64,000 nucleotides of DNA from Candidatus Binatia bacterium. Its GTDB lineage: Bacteria > Desulfobacterota > Binatia > UBA9968 > JAJDTQ01. Made by a program: the position numbers and the translations under genes. This document shows, in pieces, positions 57,025-64,000 of this stretch. The notes beneath the pieces were generated by a model, which saw only the letters and a list, made by a program, of their open reading frames with translations, did no database searches and was not told where the DNA came from. The stretch lies in the NCBI GenBank assembly GCA_963666515.2, contig OY762897.2, positions 3,936,001 to 4,000,000 on the forward strand, read 5' to 3'. Numbering within the stretch: the stretch's first letter is position 1; the number at the start of each line of letters is the position of its first letter.

Positions 57025-57303
57025 ATGGCAAGTGAGACGAAACGACATCTGAGATCGGTGGGCGGAGGCCGGGGGGCCAAGCAATGGGCGGAGGTTGACG
57101 CCTCGCTGGTGGGGCTCTCGGTGCTATCGGCCCTGCACAAGCTGGACCACGGCGAGGAAGGCGAGGCCGACGTGGAAATCGGCGGCCGGACCCTGCGGAT
57201 CAGGTTCGACCCGCTCCAGAAGCGCGTGCTGATGTTCGAGCTGAAGAAAACACGGGCGCGCACTTCCCGCCTCGTGAGTCCCCGCAACAAGACCTCCCAC
57301 TGA
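57025..57303 (+). CDS. Hypothetical protein (92 aa), divergent from repressor
   Basis: RBS AAGGA, host-like codon usage, followed by hairpin 57313-57334. Confidence 0.65.
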   Translation: MASETKRHLRSVGGGRGAKQWAEVDASLVGLSVLSALHKLDHGEEGEADVEIGGRTLRIRFDPLQKRVLMFELKKTRARTSRLVSPRNKTSH

Positions 57304-57387
57304 AACCCGCGGCGCAGGGGGATTCCCCCCTGCGTGAATTTCCTCCGTATTTTTTCACCAGCAGCGGTTGACGCCGGTATCATATCG

Positions 57388-57409
57388 GTGTATCAATGCA
57401 ACGATACAC
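57388..57409 (+). promoter_or_regulatory. Putative YtrA/GntR operator overlapping promoter
   Basis: GTGTATC-N8-GATACAC palindrome downstream of TTGACG at 57368; operon encodes a YtrA-type GntR. Confidence 0.7.
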
Positions 57410-57426
57410 CCGTGGGGGATCGTTGC

Positions 57427-58683
57427 ATGAAATCATGGTTTGACACGGTTGGATCGCTCTTTCTCGGGCGGTGGTGGTGGTTTCCATCGGTCTTCTTCGG
57501 GCCGTGGTGGCTCTCTCTCCTCCTCGTGTGCATGACCGCGTTGACCCTTTGGGTATCGAGTTGGACGGCCGGCTCCAACGGGCCGTTGCTGGTCGCGCTC
57601 GCTTTAACCGGCGTTTCGGTGGGGTCCTGGACCCGGCGATTGCACCGCTGGGATTGCGCCGTCCTGGTTCCCGACCTCCCCAGGCGCCTGTTCGTTCTGC
57701 CCCTTGTCATCGTCACGGCCGTCGCCTTCGCGTTTGCCGCGTTTTCGCTGTATGAGGGCAACCCGGCTCCCGCCTTGGGACCGGCGTTGCTCGCCGGCGT
57801 GGGGGTGGTGTATTGCCTTGTGCGCCTGGGCGAATGGTTCGGCCCTCTGTTGATCACGCTGGGCCCCTGGCTGTTGCTCGTCTGGGCGGTTGGCGGGCCG
57901 CCGCCGTACCTGGAGGTGCTGTCGCATCCCGCGGCGCAGGTGTCGGCGCTGGCATTCGCCCTGGCCCTCCTTGCGGCCTTGAAGCGTCGTCTGACCCGTC
58001 CCGTTGCCGCGCCCGCCTCGTCAGTCTCGTCAGCCCTCCTGTATCCGATGCCGGCGGGCGGGTTCCGCGGCACGTCCGGGATTGCCAAGCGGACGTTCCG
58101 CGTGGCATTGGCGGGGGTCGCGGTGGAAGCGCTGGTCCATCTGTCTTCGGGTCATCCGTACCTGGGCTTCCTGGAAGGAGGGCCCGGCTTTGCATTCGCC
58201 CACGATGGATTGTTCTTCACGTCCGCCCTGATCATCATCTGTCCGGCGGCGTTCCTGAACCCCGACGACTTCCCGGCCGCGTGGTTGTTGGGTATCGGCG
58301 GCAGTCGATCCCGAGTCGGCCGGAGTCTTGTCAGCCGTACGATCCTGGCGGGGTCGCTGCCCCTGCTCGGGTTCTTCATGGCGACGGAGACGGTGTGGTC
58401 CCGGCTGAGGGAGGAGGCCCCACGTTTCGATTTGCTGCTTGAGGCCCAGGTCCTGGCGTTCCTGGCGCTGGGATTCGCGTACGCGTTTCGCCGCACGTAC
58501 CCGAACCGATTCCTGACCCATGCGCCGATTCCGGTGGCAATCCTTTTATGGGGCTTCGGCCCGCTTCTCATGTCGCCGTTCGACTTCGGCTTGCCGGTGC
58601 TGGCGTTGCTGGCCGCCGGCAGCGCGGTCGCGGCCGTGTACGCGGTCGGCCACGGCCTGGCACGCGCCCGCTATCTTCTGTAG
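57427..58683 (+). CDS. Multi-pass membrane protein, probable ABC-2 type permease
   Basis: Many hydrophobic segments; operon with GntR and ABC ATPase. Confidence 0.7.
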   Translation: MKSWFDTVGSLFLGRWWWFPSVFFGPWWLSLLLVCMTALTLWVSSWTAGSNGPLLVALALTGVSVGSWTRRLHRWDCAVLVPDLPRRLFVLPLVIVTAVAFAFAAFSLYEGNPAPALGPALLAGVGVVYCLVRLGEWFGPLLITLGPWLLLVWAVGGPPPYLEVLSHPAAQVSALAFALALLAALKRRLTRPVAAPASSVSSALLYPMPAGGFRGTSGIAKRTFRVALAGVAVEALVHLSSGHPYLGFLEGGPGFAFAHDGLFFTSALIIICPAAFLNPDDFPAAWLLGIGGSRSRVGRSLVSRTILAGSLPLLGFFMATETVWSRLREEAPRFDLLLEAQVLAFLALGFAYAFRRTYPNRFLTHAPIPVAILLWGFGPLLMSPFDFGLPVLALLAAGSAVAAVYAVGHGLARARYLL

Positions 58684-58692
58684 GGGAAGCGC

Positions 58693-59049
58693 TTGTACTC
58701 GCTCAATCCAGCCTCGGGCGTCCCCCTCTACCGGCAGATCGTCGACCAGACGCGGCTGCTGGTGGCCGCCGGCCTGCTGGCCCCCGGCGCGTGCCTGCCG
58801 TCCGTCCGCGCCATGGCCGCCGACCTGGACATCAACCCCATGACCGTTTCCAAGGCCTACTCGCTGCTGGAGCAGGCCGGGGTGGTCCAGCGGCGGCGCG
58901 GCATCGGCATGGTCGTCGCCGCCGACGGCATCGACGCGTCGGAGGCCATCGGGCCGGAAGCCGCGGCGTTGATCCGTACCGCCCGGCAACTCGGCATGTC
59001 GCGCGCCGATCTCATAGCCAGGATCGAAGCACTCTGGGAGGAAACATGA
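58693..59049 (+). CDS. GntR family regulator, YtrA subfamily
   Basis: PLYRQI, LPSVR, INPMTVSKAY, short C-terminus. Confidence 0.9.
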   Translation: MYSLNPASGVPLYRQIVDQTRLLVAAGLLAPGACLPSVRAMAADLDINPMTVSKAYSLLEQAGVVQRRRGIGMVVAADGIDASEAIGPEAAALIRTARQLGMSRADLIARIEALWEET

Positions 59050-59894
59050 TCCCGTCGCCCTTTTCCCTCAACGACGTCGCCGCCGGATACGACGGCAGGA
59101 CGGTCCTTCAAGGGGTCAGCCTGGAGCTTGAGCCCGGTTCCATCACGGGCCTGCTGGGCCTCAACGGCAGCGGCAAGACCACGATGATGCGCGTCGCCCT
59201 CGGCCTAATGAAGGCGGACCGGGGCCGGGCCGCCCTGTTCGGCTCGCCCGCCTGGGATTCGCCGCCCGAAGTCCGCAAGCGCGTCGGGTTCGTGCCGCAG
59301 GGCCTTCCGGGTCTCCATTCCGCCTTCGGAACCATGAACCTGGACGGATGCCTTCGCTTCGTCGCCCATCACTACGACAACTGGGACGAGTCGTTGATCG
59401 ACCGCCTCCGGCGCCAGTGGGGCCTCGGCAACCGCCGTATCGCCGAGCTGTCGCCCGGCGACCAGCAGAAGGTCGCCATCCTGCTCGCCGTCGGCCACCG
59501 CCCCGACCTGCTGATCCTCGACGAGCCCGCGGCCAGCCTCGACCCGGCGGCGCGGCGGGAGTTCCTGAGAACCCTGATCGAGCTGAACGCCGACAGCCGC
59601 CAGACCGTCCTTCTGTCAAGCCACATCACCAGCGACATCGAGCGCATCAGCTCCCACGTCGCGATCCTGCACGGCGGCGTGGTGGTCTGCCACGCCGCCC
59701 TCGACGACATCAAGGACAGGGTCCGGGCCGTCACCGTGACCGGAATGCTCCATCCCCCCGCCGACAAGGTCCTGGCCCACGCCGGCAGCCGCTACTGGCT
59801 GTGGGACTGGCAGGAATGCGGCCTGCCGACGGACCTCCGCGCGGACGAGGTGGTGCTGGAGGAGTTGTTCCTGGGGATTACGGCGAGCAGGTAG
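59046..59894 (+). CDS. ABC ATP-binding protein (YtrB-like)
   Basis: GLNGSGKTT, LSPG, LILDEP, SSH. Confidence 0.9.
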   Translation: MIPSPFSLNDVAAGYDGRTVLQGVSLELEPGSITGLLGLNGSGKTTMMRVALGLMKADRGRAALFGSPAWDSPPEVRKRVGFVPQGLPGLHSAFGTMNLDGCLRFVAHHYDNWDESLIDRLRRQWGLGNRRIAELSPGDQQKVAILLAVGHRPDLLILDEPAASLDPAARREFLRTLIELNADSRQTVLLSSHITSDIERISSHVAILHGGVVVCHAALDDIKDRVRAVTVTGMLHPPADKVLAHAGSRYWLWDWQECGLPTDLRADEVVLEELFLGITASR

Positions 59895-59979
59895 CGGCCT
59901 GACACGCCAGCGCGTCGGAGCGCAGGGATGGCAGTCCGGCATTTTGACATCAATATATCCGAGCACGAGGATGCCCAAC

Positions 59980-60201
59980 ATGAGGACGACGCTGACCCTG
60001 GACGACGATGTTGCGGACTTCCTGAAGGAACAGAGCCAACTTCACGACAAGCCGTTCAAGCAAGTGGTAAACGACGTGCTGCGTCGTGGTATGGCCCTCG
60101 ACTCGAAAGGGGCCAAACCGCCCAGATTCCGTATTGTTCCGAATCGCAGCGAGCTGCTTCCCGGCGTAGATCCAGAGAAGCTCAACCAACTCATCGACTA
60201 A
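59980..60201 (+). CDS. VapB-like ribbon-helix-helix antitoxin, no adjacent toxin, possibly 3'-truncated
   Basis: MRTTLTLDDDV N-terminus, FKQVVND.LR.G. Confidence 0.75.
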   Translation: MRTTLTLDDDVADFLKEQSQLHDKPFKQVVNDVLRRGMALDSKGAKPPRFRIVPNRSELLPGVDPEKLNQLID

Positions 60202-60355
60202 CTCGGCCTCGGATCCACGACGTGGCGGACCGCGAGCGCATCCGGTCGCGGCTTTCAATGATTCCGAGGCCACGTGGCCTCGGAATCCCGGACCCCCGAG
60301 AAGAAGGCCCCGGAGCCCTTGAAGTGGTCCGGCAGATGGAGGAATGGAGGATGTC

Positions 60356-60511
60356 ATGTGGGTAGTGGAGATCAAGGTATGGGCAGGCTGTCTGCCGGAG
60401 TGGGTAGCGCGGGCGAGGTTCGTCGATGCGCGGCCAGCACTGGACTACGCCGACAGGGCACAGGACTATGGTCATCAAGCCAGGGTGGTCCGGGACCCTG
60501 CCTGCAGGTAG
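60356..60511 (+). CDS. Putative 51-aa small protein inside the CRISPR array
   Basis: GGAGG at 60346-60350, ATG 60356, TAG 60509-60511; MWVVEIKVWAGCLPEWVARARFVDARPALDYADRAQDYGHQARVVRDPACR. Confidence 0.55.
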   Translation: MWVVEIKVWAGCLPEWVARARFVDARPALDYADRAQDYGHQARVVRDPACR

Positions 60512-60548
60512 ACTCGTGGGGGCGGATCGCCGCTTCAATGAGGCCGAG

Positions 60549-60686
60549 TGTCAATGGCAACCGAAAACTGCACATTTTGGCAATCGAAAACTGCACACTT
60601 CCGAGAAGGGTGCCGGTGTGGGTCTGACGCCCTTCGGTTGGATTGGGTCGGGCGAGAGGGGTTGGACGGAGGGAGCGTAGCGAACG
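60549..60686. mobile_element. IS21-family-like terminal remnant inserted in a CRISPR repeat
   Basis: Begins TGTCAA, then two 20-bp direct repeats TGGCAA(C/T)CGAAAACTGCACA at 60555 and 60578; no transposase. Confidence 0.75.
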
Positions 60687-61304
60687 GAGGCCGGGGCCAC
60701 GTGGCCTCGGAATCGGCAGATGCTGTTGAATACGCTTCTTCAGCCTGCCGCGCTTCAATGAGGCCGAGGCCACGTGGCCTCGGAATCCCTCGGAGTGGAG
60801 GGAGGGGAGATAGAGCCCGGAGTCGATCGCTTCAATGAGGCCGAGGCCACGTGGCCTCGGAATCCCGTGGTGGGAACGGCGTTGTCCACGGTCTTTGCCG
60901 GCATGCTTCAATGAGGCCGAGGCCACGTGGCCTCGGAATCGAAAAGAGGGAGGCTTTGCTAGAAAGTGGGCTTCTAACGCTTCAATGAGGCCGAGGCCAC
61001 GTGGCCTCGGAATCCGCTCGTCCTATCCCGTCTGCGCGGTCCGCGTTGCCGCTTCAATGAGGCCGAGGCCACGTGGCCTCGGAATCCGTGGTGAGCGCCG
61101 CCATCAATGTGCGGTCCCCGCGGGCTTCAATGAGGCCGAGGCCACGTGGCCTCGGAATCCCCGGAGGGAAACGACCCTCCGCATCGACAACACGCTGCTT
61201 CAATGAGGCCGAGGCCACGTGGCCTCGGAATCGAAACAACGAGGAGCCAGGATGAGCTACAGCCACGAGCTTCAATGAGGCCGAGGCCACGTGGCCTCGG
61301 AATC

Positions 61305-61508
61305 GTCCCCTCTCCATCTCCTTTCGGGGGTTGGCCTTTTTCGGCCGAGTGCGAGCGCTGGAGTCTGATGCCTCTTACGGTACCAGAAATCCGCCTGGGG
61401 AATCCATGCACGTGCGGCGTATCTCGTTGTCGTACAAGGGAAAAATGCAATGCGAGGACTGCCGGTCATTTTTCGGTTACCTTAGCACTTGCAAGAGCTT
61501 CGGCACCC
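61305..61508 (-). promoter_or_regulatory. CRISPR leader
   Basis: Lower-GC non-coding stretch between cas2 stop and first exact repeat; degenerate repeat is at the opposite end. Confidence 0.7.
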
Positions 61509-61520
61509 CGGATCCACGAC

Positions 61521-61814
61521 CTATACGATGGTAGCACGGCGGTCCGGCGACTCGTAGCTCTTGCCCAGGCTCTCGACGCGCGGGTCGACGGCGTCGGCGG
61601 GACCCAGGTCCACGATGAGGATATGGTCCTCCGAGGGCCGTATCAGGCTTTCCAGACGCGCGGCCATCTCGGCGCGCCGCCGGGCCGTGAGGCGACACTG
61701 AAAGACCGAAAGCTGGAGCCAGTGGCCATAGCCCTTCATGGTTTTGAATATCTGCTGCCAGCGCTTCGGCTCGGCGATGTCGTAAGTCACGATGTAGAGA
61801 CGCTCGTTGGCCAT
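61521..61814 (-). CDS. cas2: CRISPR-associated endonuclease Cas2
   Basis: YIVTYDI, GYGHWLQLSVF. Confidence 0.95.
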   Translation of the reverse strand: MANERLYIVTYDIAEPKRWQQIFKTMKGYGHWLQLSVFQCRLTARRRAEMAARLESLIRPSEDHILIVDLGPADAVDPRVESLGKSYESPDRRATIV

Positions 61815-61820
61815 GGTGGT

Positions 61821-63533
61821 TCACCGGGGAAGATAGTGCGGATACGCCTGGATTTCTCCCTGGAAGTGCCGGGCGAGCAGCCGCGCCTGCACGTCGATCA
61901 ACCGGCGCATGGAGACTCGGTAGCCGAACACCGGATGCGTGGTCTCCTGTTCCATGCGGCGCTCGAACGCGGCCATGAACGCCTTTCGGCCGCCGGGCTT
62001 GAGCGCACAGCTTGGCCCGTTGAAAACGAAATCACCCGGCTTGACTTCGCCATTGTTGACGACCTGGATCACGCATGAGTCGGCGACAATGGGACGGAAC
62101 GGCTCCATGAGGTCGAGGGCCAGGGCCGGACGGCCGTGGCGCGGTCGGTGGTACAATCCCATGTAGGGGTCGAGCCCGGTCGCCGAGATTGCGGTGGCGA
62201 GTGCCTGTGTCAGAAGTGCATAGGCGAGCGACAACATGGCGTTGACGGGGTCCGTGGGCGGACGCCGGTTGCGCGTCGAGAAGGAGAAGGTTGCTACGCC
62301 TTCGTCGGCATTCGGCGCGAGCATGTTGTCGAAGCGGGCGAAGTAGATGGCCGCGGATTCGCCCTCGATACCCAATAGCTGTTGCGCATTTTCCGCATAG
62401 GCCGCGCGTTTGGCCATCCGCCTGAGCCGTTCCAGCGCCTCAGCCTTGTCGCCGGTTTCCCGGTCGGCGCGCCAGTTGCGGCGCAGCAGAGTCCGCGAGT
62501 TGCGTATCTTGGCCGCAACCAGATCACGCGAGAAGGCCAGACTGCGACTTTCATCGAAGGCGAACCGGTACTGGGCCTCACGCACGGCCACGTTGCCGTT
62601 GCCGGTCCCCACCGTGTGGCCGAGGAACCATCCCCCGGTAGAGAACCATGAGACCGGAACCTCCGCGCGCATCAGGGCATGAAGCGCCGGCGTGGTGACG
62701 GAAACGGGGCCGAACAATGCGACCTGGGACACGTCGATCATCGGCACCTCCACCTTCTCTTCCTCCACCTCGACGATCAACTGCTCGCCGCTCTTGCGCA
62801 GCCTTGCGCCCGGCGTCTGTACGTAGAGCGGCAGCGCCGGATTGTCCGAAGGGTTGAGCTGGCGCGGCGGATAACCCTTCCGGAACAGGTTGGTCTCGTC
62901 CGGCAGACAGATGCCGGCGAGGGAACAGCGCGGACACTTGGGGCTGTTCTGCAAGGGCGGCGGACGGCGGCCCGAAGCCGCGGCGGCGCGCAGGCCCGAT
63001 ATGGCTTCCAAGGTCTGCGCCCGCAGTTCGGCGTCCAGCACCACCGGCACGCGTTCCCGTGAGCCGGCGTACCACAGCGCGCCCCGCTCCACGCGGTAGC
63101 CGTTGTCCTCCAGGATCATGGCTTGGGCGCAGACTTGTACCCGCTCGGGCTCATATGCTCCAGCGGCCACGTGCGGCCGCTTGCCCTTCTTGAAGTCGAT
63201 GGGTGTCGCGGATTCGTCGTCCGCCTCCACCACGTCCATCTTGGCGATGATGCCCAGGCGTTCCGAGGACATGGTGACCGCCCTGGCCCGGGCCAAGTCT
63301 TCGTCGAGGTCTTCCGGCGCGGGCAAACGCCCACCGCCCTCGTCTACCCGTGCGTGAGCGCGCCTTCCCTCTGCGGTATCTTCGCTGTCGGCCCATTCCC
63401 CCTCGACCCATTCCAGGTACGCGAGGCGCGGGCAATAGACCCATTCGTTGATCATGCGCACCGGGACGAGGGGAGTGTCGCCGGTTGCGGGAGGGGGCGG
63501 CAGGGCCAGGGTGAGTTGTTGGTCAGGAGTCAT
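61821..63533 (-). CDS. cas1: Cas4-Cas1 fusion (type I-G/I-U style)
   Basis: Cas4 YCPR, KMDVVE, DFKKG, QVCAQ, CPRCSL..IC Fe-S Cys; Cas1 GIEG, RNRRPP.DPVNAMLS, DLMEPFRP. Confidence 0.95.
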   Translation of the reverse strand: MTPDQQLTLALPPPPATGDTPLVPVRMINEWVYCPRLAYLEWVEGEWADSEDTAEGRRAHARVDEGGGRLPAPEDLDEDLARARAVTMSSERLGIIAKMDVVEADDESATPIDFKKGKRPHVAAGAYEPERVQVCAQAMILEDNGYRVERGALWYAGSRERVPVVLDAELRAQTLEAISGLRAAAASGRRPPPLQNSPKCPRCSLAGICLPDETNLFRKGYPPRQLNPSDNPALPLYVQTPGARLRKSGEQLIVEVEEEKVEVPMIDVSQVALFGPVSVTTPALHALMRAEVPVSWFSTGGWFLGHTVGTGNGNVAVREAQYRFAFDESRSLAFSRDLVAAKIRNSRTLLRRNWRADRETGDKAEALERLRRMAKRAAYAENAQQLLGIEGESAAIYFARFDNMLAPNADEGVATFSFSTRNRRPPTDPVNAMLSLAYALLTQALATAISATGLDPYMGLYHRPRHGRPALALDLMEPFRPIVADSCVIQVVNNGEVKPGDFVFNGPSCALKPGGRKAFMAAFERRMEQETTHPVFGYRVSMRRLIDVQARLLARHFQGEIQAYPHYLPR

Positions 63534-63597
63534 GCGATGACAAATTTGCCGCAGGAAAGAACATGCGCGGTCACACAGGCTAGCGTCATTCTCGTCT

Positions 63598-64000
63598 TCA
63601 CCGCCCCGCGCCTGAGTATACCGACCAGGGATTCAAGACCGGAACCTCGGTTCTCCGGAAGTCCTTCTCGTTACGGGTACAGAGTGTCAGGGAGTGCACT
63701 CGCGCCGTAGCAGCGATGAAAAGGTCCGGCTGGCTGAAAGTGATGCGCCTTTCTCTGCCCCACGCGACCATACGTCGCCATTCCAGGATCACTTCCTCGT
63801 CCACCGGAAGGATGCGCCCCGCGAACCAGGGTCTCAGCCTCTGGGCGAGCCAAGTTTCGAGCTCCTGACGAAGGATGGGGTCGGTTTGGCGCTCGATTCC
63901 GAAGCGGATCTCGGCCAGGGTCACGCTGCTCAGAAAGAAGCTGTCCGATGGCTGTCCATCAGACCATGCCTTCACTCGGTCGTTGGGTCGGGTCTTGCGC
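63598..64000 (-). CDS. vapC: PIN-domain toxin VapC, 5' end outside the window
   Basis: LSSVTLAEIRFG, DLFIAATA, TRNEKDF, VLNPW. Confidence 0.88.
   Translation of the reverse strand, partial: RKTRPNDRVKAWSDGQPSDSFFLSSVTLAEIRFGIERQTDPILRQELETWLAQRLRPWFAGRILPVDEEVILEWRRMVAWGRERRITFSQPDLFIAATARVHSLTLCTRNEKDFRRTEVPVLNPWSVYSGAGR

Larger units (their letters stand above)
60252..61304 (-). CRISPR. CRISPR array, 36-bp repeat GATTCCGAGGCCACGTGGCCTCGGCCTCATTGAAGC (type I-G-like)
   Basis: 8 exact repeats at 60752, 60829, 60905, 60979, 61051, 61124, 61197, 61269; split repeat 60532-60714; degenerate trailer repeat 60252-60287; eight 36-41 bp spacers plus one 244-bp interval. Confidence 0.97.

Noticed and set aside
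56281-57303. Prophage
   Set aside because: No integrase, replication or structural genes nearby
60295-60325. Weak inverted similarity to the CRISPR repeat (anti-repeat/tracr-like)
   Set aside because: Only about 14/20 matches in GC-rich DNA, and type I systems need no tracrRNA
60715-61268. Self-targeting spacers
   Set aside because: No match to the window noticed by eye; needs BLAST
60372-61450. ORFs spanning CRISPR repeats
   Set aside because: Translations of the repeat itself (MRPRPRGLGI)
1-64000. tRNA/rRNA genes, reverse transcriptase, intact transposase
   Set aside because: None recognised

Overview
High-GC bacterial window. The gene content (sup-like PKS, many amidohydrolase_2 and crotonase paralogs, giant Calx-beta adhesin) suggests a sponge-symbiont-type Deltaproteobacteria/Binatia-like host; this is inference only. 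1-29.2 kb: biosynthetic cluster with two cis-AT type I PKS genes, built from near-identical ~6.7 kb module duplications and ending in KS-AT0 with no ACP or TE, then a GH3-family acyl-adenylating enzyme, an alpha/beta hydrolase, a free ACP, a PhyH-type Fe/2OG dioxygenase and an MFS exporter. 29.4-43.6 kb: catabolic and transport genes plus a low-GC two-gene cassette. 43.7-54.3 kb: a 3383-aa Calx-beta autotransporter adhesin behind a sigma-54 promoter. 54.5-60.2 kb: two crotonases, an orphan CI/LexA-like switch, a ytr-like operon and an orphan antitoxin. 60.2-64 kb: a type I-G-like CRISPR array, cas2, a cas4-cas1 fusion and a partial VapC. The array holds two oddities: a 244-bp 'spacer' containing a complete RBS-preceded 51-aa ORF, and a repeat split by an IS21-like end.
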